This document shows, piece after piece, positions 1 to 8,358 of a DNA stretch of 64,000 nt. The notes under the pieces are model-generated. The model was not told the DNA's origin, ran no database searches, and saw only the letters and a program-made list of their open reading frames with translations. The DNA lies in contig JAIFMY010000056.1 of the NCBI GenBank assembly GCA_020048155.1, positions 10,768-74,767 of the forward strand, in the 5' to 3' direction. The stretch's first letter is position 1, and every line of letters starts with the position of its first letter. Origin of the DNA: Bacteroidota bacterium. GTDB lineage: Bacteria > Bacteroidota > Bacteroidia > Bacteroidales > DYOH01. A program made the position numbers and the translations under genes.

Positions 1-1282
1 CGTTCAAACGCAATCCCAGGCTAAACGTATTGTTCATAGGAATTTCTTTTGACATAAACCATAATTTATCGGAAATCGCATCTTCATGCATTTTTTTTAA
101 CAAAATATCCGATTTGGAGGGATAATATATTGTCCCATTTGTCATAGAAATGGTATAGTTTACATTTTCAAAGTGGTAGTTTGAATCAGGGTGCAAATAT
201 TCATCCCAATCCAAAGGGGTCTCTGGGATGATATTTTTTACATTTATCTGAAAATTACATTCCGATTTATTTCCTGCCACATCGTATACCACCATTTTTA
301 TGCGGTAGTTGGTAGCCATTTGGGGATGAAGAATGCCGTATTGCGAAGCTTTCACGTTGGGGATTTGCAAATAAGGCGACGAAAACAATAAATTTATCTT
401 TCTTCGTGCAGTTCGGTATGCGCCCAGGTCTTTCATGGCGTTCACCTTGCGGTAATCGTCGAACGAAATGCTATCGTACACCAATTCATATCTTAGGCTA
501 TCGTTTACGAAAAGCTGCCATTTGTATGGATTTAAGTCCTTTGAAGAGTTATCCACCATGTCCCAAGCCACTATTCCAAAACCAATTTTACCGCTACATG
601 AATTAAGGCTTATCAGCGACGGAGCTTTGTGATTAGCGGTAGATGTAGCCGAAAATGCACTAAGCTGTTTATATTCATACGTTTCAGACACATCATACAC
701 GGAAATTGAAGAAATAACCGGCTTGGTTTTATCAGCAGGGGCGTAAGCATAGTTCCACACCTGAAGGGCCTTGGCGGTAGCGTAATCACGAATTTCGAAG
801 TGCAAATGAGGTGCATAACTTCGCCCTGTGTTTCCGGAAAGACCTATTACTTCGCCTCTTTTCACTTTCAAAACATCAGGGGCTAAATAAATTTCAACAT
901 CAGCCATTTGTGCCTGATAGCACCATTTCATCAGTTCTGCCCAAATAGGTTCGCTCATTTGCTGCAAATGTGCGTATACCGACTCACGTCCATCGTAGTG
1001 AGCTATATAAACCACTTTTCCATATCCATAACCCGAAATCTTGATACGAGAAACAAAACCGGAATCAATGGCATAAACCTTCAGTCCATTTTTACCGTAA
1101 GTAGAAAAGTCGAGTCCCGTATGAAAATGATCCGGACGAATCTCACCTACTAAGCTTGAAACGGCGGAAATTTCGCCCAAGGGCGGAAAATAATTGGATT
1201 GTTGCGCGCTCAGAATATTTGCAAAAATGGCAAAGAACAAAAGATTAAAGTAAAAGATAAGGTATTTAAATTCAAGCATCAT
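1..1282 (-). CDS. M23 family metallopeptidase (LytM/NlpD-like); N-terminus inside the window, C-terminus runs off the left edge
   Basis: Not in the ORF track because the frame never reaches a stop inside the window. My reverse-strand translation from ATG 1282 is open all the way to nt 1. It gives MMLEFKYLIFYFNLLFFAIFANILSAQQ (signal peptide), then the M23 zinc motifs HFHTGLD and SYAPHLHFE. Confidence 0.85.
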   Translation of the reverse strand, partial: MMLEFKYLIFYFNLLFFAIFANILSAQQSNYFPPLGEISAVSSLVGEIRPDHFHTGLDFSTYGKNGLKVYAIDSGFVSRIKISGYGYGKVVYIAHYDGRESVYAHLQQMSEPIWAELMKWCYQAQMADVEIYLAPDVLKVKRGEVIGLSGNTGRSYAPHLHFEIRDYATAKALQVWNYAYAPADKTKPVISSISVYDVSETYEYKQLSAFSATSTANHKAPSLISLNSCSGKIGFGIVAWDMVDNSSKDLNPYKWQLFVNDSLRYELVYDSISFDDYRKVNAMKDLGAYRTARRKINLLFSSPYLQIPNVKASQYGILHPQMATNYRIKMVVYDVAGNKSECNFQINVKNIIPETPLDWDEYLHPDSNYHFENVNYTISMTNGTIYYPSKSDILLKKMHEDAISDKLWFMSKEIPMNNTFSLGLRLN

Positions 1283-1331
1283 AATATCAGATTTAAAAAA
1301 AGTAATGAACCTTAAAATTGGGTAAAATAGA

Positions 1332-1362
1332 CTTGCACCCAAACAAAATTTCGTTATATTTG
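1332..1362 (+). promoter_or_regulatory. Candidate Bacteroidetes-type promoter (-33 TTG, -7 TAtaTTTG) for the zapB-like/zapA genes
   Basis: TATATTTG at 1355-1362 fits the TAnnTTTG -7 consensus. A TTG ends at 1335, 19 nt upstream. The site lies about 80 nt before the ATG at 1444. Confidence 0.4.
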
Positions 1363-1443
1363 TGCGATAAATTAAACAAAAAAGAATCGTAAATTTTCTT
1401 TAGAATAAAAAAGTTATTAACTTTGTATTAATTCGATACCGGA

Positions 1444-1734
1444 ATGAATGAAAAATTGGACATAATTCTTAAGTTGCGAGAAGAAATGCTGGTACTAATG
1501 AACGCATACCGGGAAGAAAAGTTGGAAAAAGCCCAGTTTTTGGACAAATACAACGAGTTGAATGAAGAACTGAAGAAAAAAGACGAAATAATAGCTGAAC
1601 TACAAAAAAAATACGAAACACTTAAATTTGCCAAAACGCTTGAAACAACTGCAAAAGACAAGCAGCATGCCAAGCTCAAGATAAACCAGATTGTGCGGGA
1701 AATAGATAAGTGCCTGGCGCTACTCAATAAATAG
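1444..1734 (+). CDS. Small coiled-coil protein, possibly a ZapB-like division factor
   Basis: 96-aa ORF, Lys/Glu-rich with a heptad-like pattern (EELKKKDEIIAELQKKYETLKF). It sits immediately upstream of zapA with a 27-nt gap. Function is inferred only from composition and position. Confidence 0.55.
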   Translation: MNEKLDIILKLREEMLVLMNAYREEKLEKAQFLDKYNELNEELKKKDEIIAELQKKYETLKFAKTLETTAKDKQHAKLKINQIVREIDKCLALLNK

Positions 1735-1761
1735 AAAGACTTACGAGTCAATTAAAATAAA

Positions 1762-2061
1762 ATGGACGACAGACTTAACATAACAGTTGTAATTGAAGAC
1801 CGGAAATACCCGATGACTATCGAAGCTTCTGAGAAAGAAGAAGAGAAAATCAGAAGGGCTGTAAAAGAAGTGAACAACCTGATAAATTCTTATAAAAATA
1901 AGTATGTACACCACGATGCTCAGGATGCATTGGCTATGACCATACTCACCATTATGAGAAAACTACTGACATGTGAAGAAAACCAGAGTAAAGAATTAAT
2001 TGAACACATAAGTACTTTGTACAGCGAAGTGAAAAGTTTTAATACTGAGCAAGTACGCTAG
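1762..2061 (+). CDS. zapA: Cell division protein ZapA
   Basis: 99 aa. The N-terminal pattern LNITVVIEDRKYPMTIEASEKEEEKIRRAVKEVNNLI resembles ZapA (I-x-I-x-G-x-x-Y-type strand followed by a helix). Size and the position upstream of rny are typical. Confidence 0.7.
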   Translation: MDDRLNITVVIEDRKYPMTIEASEKEEEKIRRAVKEVNNLINSYKNKYVHHDAQDALAMTILTIMRKLLTCEENQSKELIEHISTLYSEVKSFNTEQVR

Positions 2062-2103
2062 ACATACTTTATACAAGAAAACGTTCTTTGAATATATAAT
2101 TTT

Positions 2104-2310
2104 GCCCGCATTATTGCTATAAAGCGACTGAAAACTCAACACTAATAAACACATTGGTGCGAAGCTTTGGTTTACGTAGGACAGGCCTCAACCTCTTGTA
2201 GGTTCTCTTCATTGAGACAGTGGAAGTTCGAAATTTTCCGGTTCGTGCCGCCCATGCTTGTAGGGGTTTTCTCAAGCTCGTACTTATTGTCAATGATGCG
2301 GGTTTTTTAT
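2104..2310 (+). ncRNA. Candidate structured RNA: either a 6S-like rod or the rny leader/attenuator
   Basis: Three helices by hand folding. 2105-2116 CCCGCATTATTG pairs with 2291-2302 CAATGATGCGGG (12 bp, one G-U) and is followed by T6. 2130-2137 pairs with 2264-2271. 2156-2163 pairs with 2242-2249. A large asymmetric internal loop lies between the second and third helices. No plausible coding use. Confidence 0.4.
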
Positions 2311-2333
2311 TAACCTTAATTGTAATTTTTTAT

Positions 2334-3890
2334 ATGATAATCGAGATAGTAATTGGTGTGGCCTCCTTCATGTCAGGCGGTACACTTCTATATGTTTTCA
2401 GGCACCGTTCTTTCATCAAAAGAAGTGCCCAAGTACTCCGCGATGCTGAAGCCGAAGGCGAAGTAATCAAAAAAGATAAGATTCTGCAGGCAAAAGAAAA
2501 ATTCCTGCAACTAAAATCTGAACACGAAAAGGCTGCAAATGAGAAAAATAACAGACTAAACCAGTTCGAAAATAAACTCAAACAAAGAGAAGCTACACTC
2601 AACCAACGCCAATCAGACCAAGCCAAGAAACAAAAAGAACTTGATACACGTGCTACTGAACTAGATACCCTAAAAGCTACTTTCGAACAGCAAACGTTGA
2701 CGTACCAGTCAAAACAAGAAGAACTTGAGAAACTGCATTTACAACAAGTTGAAAAACTCGAAGCCATTGCAGGTATGAGTGGCGAAGACGCCAAAAACCA
2801 GTTGATTGAAAGCATGAAAGAAGAGGCAAAAGCTCAAGCTATTACCAATATAAGTGAGATAGTTGAAGAAGCCAAACTCAATGCACAAAAAGAAGCCCGC
2901 CGCATAGTAATGCAAACCATTCAGCGAGTAGGTACCGAAACAGCTATTGAAAATGCAGTAACCGTTTTTCATATTGACTCCGACGAGATAAAAGGCCGCA
3001 TCATAGGCCGCGAGGGTAGAAACATTCGTGCGCTTGAAGCTGCTACCGGTATTGAAATCATTGTAGATGATACCCCAGAAGCCATTGTTTTGAGCGGTTT
3101 CGACCCTGTACGACGTGAAATAGCCCGTTTGGCTTTGCACCAATTGGTTACCGACGGTCGTATACACCCTGCCCGCATTGAAGAAGTAGTGCAGAAGGTC
3201 GAAAAACAAGTGGAAGAAGAGATTCTGGAAGTAGGAAAACGTACTACCATAGACCTGGGTATACATGGTATGCATACTGAGCTTATCCGCTTGGTTGGTA
3301 AAATGAAATACCGCTCATCATACGGACAAAACCTGCTGCAGCACTCTCGCGAAGTGGCAAACCTTTGTGCCATCATGGCATCGGAACTTGGTCTGAACTC
3401 GAAACTTGCCAAACGTGCCGGTCTGCTGCACGATATAGGTAAAGTTTCGGATGAGCAACCTGAATTGCCACATGCCATATTGGGTATGAAACTGGCTGAA
3501 AAATATAAGGAAAAACCTGAAATTTGCAACGCCATTGGTTCTCACCACGACGAGGTGGAAATGACTACCCTACTGGCTCCGATTGTACAAGTGTGCGACG
3601 CCATCAGTGGTGCTCGTCCGGGTGCTCGACGCGAGGTAGCCGAGGCTTATGTAAAACGTCTGAAAGACTTGGAAGCATTGGCTCAGTCGTACCCGGGCGT
3701 ACTCAAAACCTACGCTGTACAAGCTGGTAGAGAGTTGCGCGTGATTGTGGGTAGCGAAAAACTTTCGGACAAAGAAGCTGAAAATCTTTCGTATGATATA
3801 GCTCGCCGCATTCAGACCGAGATGACTTACCCGGGACAAGTGAAAATAACCGTAATACGCGAAACCAGAGCTGTAAGCTTTGCTAAGTAA
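2334..3890 (+). CDS. rny: Ribonuclease Y (N-terminal TM helix, coiled coil, KH domain, HD domain)
   Basis: [22 protein letters not shown] forms the TM anchor. The KH motif [13 protein letters not shown] and the HD motif LLHDIGK...GSHHD are present. I moved the start to Met 2334 because the track ORF from 2220 reads through the upstream RNA hairpin. Confidence 0.95.
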   Translation: MIIEIVIGVASFMSGGTLLYVFRHRSFIKRSAQVLRDAEAEGEVIKKDKILQAKEKFLQLKSEHEKAANEKNNRLNQFENKLKQREATLNQRQSDQAKKQKELDTRATELDTLKATFEQQTLTYQSKQEELEKLHLQQVEKLEAIAGMSGEDAKNQLIESMKEEAKAQAITNISEIVEEAKLNAQKEARRIVMQTIQRVGTETAIENAVTVFHIDSDEIKGRIIGREGRNIRALEAATGIEIIVDDTPEAIVLSGFDPVRREIARLALHQLVTDGRIHPARIEEVVQKVEKQVEEEILEVGKRTTIDLGIHGMHTELIRLVGKMKYRSSYGQNLLQHSREVANLCAIMASELGLNSKLAKRAGLLHDIGKVSDEQPELPHAILGMKLAEKYKEKPEICNAIGSHHDEVEMTTLLAPIVQVCDAISGARPGARREVAEAYVKRLKDLEALAQSYPGVLKTYAVQAGRELRVIVGSEKLSDKEAENLSYDIARRIQTEMTYPGQVKITVIRETRAVSFAK

Positions 3891-3911
3891 CTCTTTGAAT
3901 ACAAAATATAA

Positions 3912-3942
3912 GCCTGGGTATCATGTACTCGGGCTTTTTTGT
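3912..3942 (+). terminator. Intrinsic terminator of rny
   Basis: GCCTGGGTA (3912-3920) pairs with TACTCGGGC (3926-3934), including G-U pairs, and is followed by TTTTTTGTTTT. Confidence 0.6.
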
Positions 3943-3950
3943 TTTATTTT

Positions 3951-4050
3951 CTCGCAGATTTCGCCGTTTCACCCACAGATTTCCACAGATTTTTTTTGAT
4001 TACTTCTGCGAGAATCTGCGCTAAAAATCTGCGCTAATCAGCGAGAAAGA
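3951..4050. repeat. REP-like intergenic element built from CGCAGAT / ATCTGCG units
   Basis: CTCGCAGA (3951-3958) is the exact reverse complement of TCTGCGAG (4005-4012). ATCTGCGCTAA occurs twice in tandem (4014-4024 and 4027-4037). CACAGATTT occurs twice (3974-3982 and 3984-3992). Confidence 0.55.
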
Positions 4051-4067
4051 AAAAATATATCTCCGTC

Positions 4068-4463
4068 CTATTTCTTCTTCTTCATTTCGTTTTTCATAGC
4101 CTCCTTATCCAAATTCTCGGCTACTCTGAATTGTACTATACGGGATATCAAATCGTACGGAATAGGCTTGTTTGCCGGAAACTGAATGGCTCCTTTTGAT
4201 GTGTTGTATGCATGAAGTTCTTCTTCGAAATGGCTTACTCCAGATGGCCCCGGATAAAATCCATAATGTTTCTGAGCTACAGCAAAATGCACCAAATTGC
4301 CGTACAAAAAGAATGTAGGCATTCCATAGCTCATTTTCTCAGTAGCTTCGGGGGCAGCCATTTGAATGGTACCTCTTATGGTTTCAAGTATTTCACGCAT
4401 TTCTGCGGGAAACCCTGCTATATACTCATCTATATTACGAGTTTGATCTTGTTTCATCTGCAT
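4068..4463 (-). CDS. DUF1801 (YdhG-like) domain protein
   Basis: 131 aa. The pattern IDEYIAGFP...REILETIRGTI...APEATEKMSYGMPTFFLYGNLVHFAVAQKHYGFYP is typical of the YdhG/DUF1801 family. Confidence 0.7.
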   Translation of the reverse strand: MQMKQDQTRNIDEYIAGFPAEMREILETIRGTIQMAAPEATEKMSYGMPTFFLYGNLVHFAVAQKHYGFYPGPSGVSHFEEELHAYNTSKGAIQFPANKPIPYDLISRIVQFRVAENLDKEAMKNEMKKKK

Positions 4464-4478
4464 TTTAAAATGGGTTTA

Positions 4479-4988
4479 TCAATTATTTGCAAATGCTTCT
4501 TCTAGCATCGCTATCTCTAGTTTTTTCATCTCTAAAAATGTCCTTGTTACAGCAGCAGCTTTTGCAGGAATGCCGCAAGATAGCATTTCGTGTAAACAAA
4601 CAGGAACTACCTGCCACGAAACTCCGAATCTGTCTTTCAACCAGCCACATTGCCCTTCTTCTCCCCCTTCGCATAGCTTTTCCCAGTAGTAATCCACCTC
4701 CGTCTGATTTGCACATTGTATAACCAAGGATATGGCTTCGTTGAATTTGAAAACAGGGCCGCCATTTAATCCCATGAACTCATTTCCGGATAGGTTAAAA
4801 GACACGGTAAGCACTGTACCTTCGATTTGTTGATGTTGTTGGTATCCACCACTGTTATAGTAAGTTATATTTCCAACTTTTGAATCTGGAAAAACTGAAG
4901 TATAGAAACGGGCAGCCTGTTCTGCCTGATTGTTGAACCATAAGCAAGTACTGAGTTTTGGCAGAGAAATATTCATATTCAATTCCAT
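4479..4988 (-). CDS. VOC-superfamily protein (PhnB / 3-demethylubiquinone methyltransferase-like fold)
   Basis: 169 aa. LWFNNQAEQAARFYTSVFPDSKV, then FMGLNGGP, then DRFGVSWQV, the typical pattern of this family. Confidence 0.7.
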   Translation of the reverse strand: MELNMNISLPKLSTCLWFNNQAEQAARFYTSVFPDSKVGNITYYNSGGYQQHQQIEGTVLTVSFNLSGNEFMGLNGGPVFKFNEAISLVIQCANQTEVDYYWEKLCEGGEEGQCGWLKDRFGVSWQVVPVCLHEMLSCGIPAKAAAVTRTFLEMKKLEIAMLEEAFANN

Positions 4989-5129
4989 TAAAAAGTTGCT
5001 CTCAAATTAAAAATATTTTAGATATGAAGCATTCAAAATACATGTTTATTTATATTTTTGTTTAATGACTGTTGCGAAACAATACCCATTTTTATAGAAT
5101 AAAAGAAACACATTCAACAAATCATAACC

Positions 5130-5570
5130 ATGACCACAGTAAACATATACTTAAACTACAAAGGCAATTGCGAAGAAGCATTCCAATTTTACAAATCAGT
5201 ATTTGGTGGTGAATTTGCTTCGCTCAGCCGTTTTAGTGAAATGCCGCCTATGGAAGGAATGCCGCCATTGAACCCAATCTATGCAAGCCAAATAATGCAT
5301 GTGAGCCTTCCCATAAGCGCAGAAACTACACTCATGGGAAGTGATGTGGGTGAATTTTACGAGGCACAGTTTGTGCAGGGTAACAATTTTACCATTTCTA
5401 TACATCCGGAAACGAAAGAAGAAGCGGACAGAATATTTAATGAACTCTCAAAGGGCGGAACCGTAACCATGCCATTGAATATGACATTCTGGAATGCCTA
5501 TTTTGGCATGTTTACCGATAAGTTTGGTATAAACTGGATGATAAATACTGAACTGGCTCACCAGGAATAA
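5130..5570 (+). CDS. VOC-superfamily / PhnB-like glyoxalase-fold protein
   Basis: 146 aa. YLNYKGNCEEAFQFYKSVFGGEF followed by DKFGINWMI. Confidence 0.7.
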   Translation: MTTVNIYLNYKGNCEEAFQFYKSVFGGEFASLSRFSEMPPMEGMPPLNPIYASQIMHVSLPISAETTLMGSDVGEFYEAQFVQGNNFTISIHPETKEEADRIFNELSKGGTVTMPLNMTFWNAYFGMFTDKFGINWMINTELAHQE

Positions 5571-5593
5571 TTTGCTCATAATTTCAAAAAAAA

Positions 5594-5630
5594 AGCCAAT
5601 GCAAAAGTATTTTCATTGGCTTTTAATTTT
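5594..5630. terminator. Bidirectional hairpin terminator between convergent genes
   Basis: AGCCAATG (5594-5601) pairs with CATTGGCT (5614-5621). An A-run lies upstream and a T-rich run downstream. Confidence 0.6.
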
Positions 5631-5644
5631 GAATTACTAATTTT

Positions 5645-6364
5645 TCAGTTCATTCGAAACAAGCCATACTTTGCCATACACCACAACGCTCTAAAGCCAT
5701 CTTTCCAATTTATTTTTTTACCTTCGTCGTAGGTTCTTCCATAATATGAAATACCTACCTCATAAATCCTGATTTTTGGAATTCTTGCAATTTTAGCGGT
5801 TACCTCAGGTTCGAATCCAAAACGATTTTCTTTAAGTTTTATCTCTTGTATGATATTGGTTTTAAACATTTTGTAACATGTTTCCATATCGGTAAGATTT
5901 AGGTTAGTAAGCATATTGGAAATAAAAGTAAGAAGCTTATTTCCAATGGTATGCCAGAAGAATAGAACCCTATGCGGATTTCCACCGGCAAAGCGCGACC
6001 CATAAACCACATCGGCAAAACCATCGAGTATGGGTTTTAGCAGTATATTGTATTCTTGTGGATCGTATTCCAAGTCGGCATCCTGAATGATCAGATAATC
6101 GCCGTTGGCACTGGCTATTCCAGCTCGCAGTGCAGCCCCTTTGCCCTGGTTTACGTCAAAACTCAGATAACGTATGCGCAAATCATTGTTTTCGGCAATA
6201 AATTTTTGAATAGCTTCTTCGGTTTTATCTTTTGAACAATCGTTTACTATTATTACCTCCTTTTCGATATCGGAAAGCAGTTTTACTTCTTTTATTTTAT
6301 TTAAAATCAGATGAATAGTATTTGCCTCATTGTAGGCAGGGATAATGATGGATAATATTTTCAT
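5645..6364 (-). CDS. Family 2 glycosyltransferase (polyprenol-phosphate sugar synthase type, ArnC/DPM1-like)
   Basis: 239 aa. [20 protein letters not shown] and [11 protein letters not shown] are present. The gene lies directly downstream of the GT39-like gene. Confidence 0.8.
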   Translation of the reverse strand: MKILSIIIPAYNEANTIHLILNKIKEVKLLSDIEKEVIIVNDCSKDKTEEAIQKFIAENNDLRIRYLSFDVNQGKGAALRAGIASANGDYLIIQDADLEYDPQEYNILLKPILDGFADVVYGSRFAGGNPHRVLFFWHTIGNKLLTFISNMLTNLNLTDMETCYKMFKTNIIQEIKLKENRFGFEPEVTAKIARIPKIRIYEVGISYYGRTYDEGKKINWKDGFRALWCMAKYGLFRMN

Positions 6365-6385
6365 GAAAAGAATGCTATGCGAGTT

Positions 6386-8059
6386 TTAATTTTTTACTAA
6401 TAAATAATTGGTTCTAAGAACTTTGCTACGTGTGGCAGCATTCAGAAACTTGATATTGAATTTGCTAACCGAAAAATGTGGGTACGATTTTACAATCTTA
6501 TAATCGAGTTTCTGCACTTGTAGCATTTCTTCCATATCTTTTTGAGTGGCAAATATATATGTACCGCTCGGATAAATCGGCAATGAATCTGAATTGGCTT
6601 CGGGCACTATCCGTCGGGCATAAAAATCGAGACTATTGGATTCTGTATTCAACCACATAAACTTATCAGGTGGTATATTCATTTTTAGTATTTCACGCCC
6701 TACTACACTACTACTCTGATATTGAAGCATATTGGGATATACATGCATTGAAAAAACAAACCCAAGTGCTACTGCAGTAATCAAAGTGGGCAAAACCGTT
6801 TTATGGAGTTCATCTTTGGTATTAATAAGACTATATACAAACACCACAAACAATCCGATTGGCACTAAAATCACCAACCAATTGTTTTGAAAAGCAAATG
6901 CAAATAACATGAAAATGGCGACGTACAAAATGAAGAGTACTCCATTTTGCACTTTTCGCCATATTACCGCCCATTTTGCATAACTTGTAAAATGCTCGTG
7001 CAAAAATACAGCAGTAAGAATGGCTGCAAAGGGAAATAACGAAAAGATATAATGCGGCAACTTGTAATTCGACATAGAAAGCATAAGGAATCCAAGCACA
7101 AAGCCACCCATGGTCAGAAATTCTTGTTGAGGTTCAGCTTTGAATCGTATTTTCCACAATTGATAAAACTTGTATACGAGAGCCGGAATGAAGAAAAGAA
7201 TCCAGGGCAAAAAATCGAGAAGAATAGAATGGAAAAAAAAGAAAAATCCGGCATGATTGTTCCAATATATTTCTCCGGTAATACGTCCAAAACTTTGTGT
7301 CCAATAAAAAAAACGAACTCCCGAAGGGCCTTGCAAGCCATACACGGTTTTTTCGGGGTGCATATCAAATTGGGTATACAGGCCGTAGGTCATAGGAGCT
7401 AAAACCACTGCTATAGTCAGAAGCATCAAAATCCACTGCCAGCGGAATATATCACTCCACTTTCTTTTCAGAAGCAAATCTGAGCCTATAGCTATTGCCA
7501 CAATCACTATTCCAAAAGGGCCTTTGGCAAGCATCGCAGCAGCCACTCCCAAAGAACCTAAAAACAGATTTATATATTTCTTTTCGTGAATAAAAACAGA
7601 AATCTGCCAAACTGCAAATATCACAAAACCGGTAAGCAAGCCATCGGTGCGTACATCGTTGGTCATGAGGTAAAAACCGTGGGTGGTGCCCAGTATGGCT
7701 GCTGCCAGCAATGCACTCCGCTGGTTGTACCAATATTTGGTGAAATGATAAGTAGAAAATAATGCCAAAAGCAAAACCAGAAAAGCAGGAAATTTGTACC
7801 CAAAATTATTAATACCAAACACTTGCATAGAAGCAGAAGCCAGCCAGAACAGCAAAGGAGGTTTGTCCAAATAATCTTCCCCCCGATGATATACATGTAG
7901 GTAATTGCCAGTTTCGAGCATTTCACGCGATATGGAGGCATATTGAGCCGCATCTACATCCATCACATCTATTTGCATGAATGCCAGATATATAATACCT
8001 ATAGCTGTGAAAAGTATGTAATATGGATTTTTGAAAAAACGAATAATTGAATCAAACAT
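6386..8059 (-). CDS. ArnT/PMT-like membrane glycosyltransferase (GT39/GT83 type)
   Basis: 557 aa and polytopic. The N-terminal loop DVDAAQYASISREM...YLDKPPLLFW is characteristic of polyprenol-phosphate-sugar-dependent transferases. Confidence 0.75.
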   Translation of the reverse strand: MFDSIIRFFKNPYYILFTAIGIIYLAFMQIDVMDVDAAQYASISREMLETGNYLHVYHRGEDYLDKPPLLFWLASASMQVFGINNFGYKFPAFLVLLLALFSTYHFTKYWYNQRSALLAAAILGTTHGFYLMTNDVRTDGLLTGFVIFAVWQISVFIHEKKYINLFLGSLGVAAAMLAKGPFGIVIVAIAIGSDLLLKRKWSDIFRWQWILMLLTIAVVLAPMTYGLYTQFDMHPEKTVYGLQGPSGVRFFYWTQSFGRITGEIYWNNHAGFFFFFHSILLDFLPWILFFIPALVYKFYQLWKIRFKAEPQQEFLTMGGFVLGFLMLSMSNYKLPHYIFSLFPFAAILTAVFLHEHFTSYAKWAVIWRKVQNGVLFILYVAIFMLFAFAFQNNWLVILVPIGLFVVFVYSLINTKDELHKTVLPTLITAVALGFVFSMHVYPNMLQYQSSSVVGREILKMNIPPDKFMWLNTESNSLDFYARRIVPEANSDSLPIYPSGTYIFATQKDMEEMLQVQKLDYKIVKSYPHFSVSKFNIKFLNAATRSKVLRTNYLLVKN

Positions 8060-8358
8060 CTCTCAAATATTTTAGCCTGCAAAATTAGGCAATTAGCCTG
8101 CATTATATATACTAAGTCGTGAAATAATTGTTTCATTCTTGTACTTCGTAAAAGTGAGTGTAAAATCATTTTTACTTACTAGGCTATAATCCAGCTAGAT
8201 AATTTTCTATAAACAATCTTTGTAATGTTCCGTATTCATCCAAAAATAATTATGTTAACATTTCTTAGTGTTTTTTCCACTTCAACAATAAGCTATGAAG
8301 TAAGTTCTTAACTATTTTTAGACTGTAATACAAAGCATAAAGAAAGAACTCTCTATTT

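Noticed and set aside
2220-2333. N-terminal 38-codon extension of the rny ORF as listed in the ORF track
   Set aside because: The extension starts at a non-ATG codon and reads straight through the helix-plus-U-tract structure. It encodes an implausible leader ([16 protein letters not shown]...). The RNase Y membrane helix begins exactly at Met 2334.
2330-3548. Several long antisense or alternative-frame ORFs (161, 178, 188 and 76 aa) inside rny
   Set aside because: They overlap a confidently identified conserved gene. Their translations are low-complexity Ser/Phe/Cys-rich strings typical of frames opposite Lys/Glu-rich coding sequence. No motifs are present.
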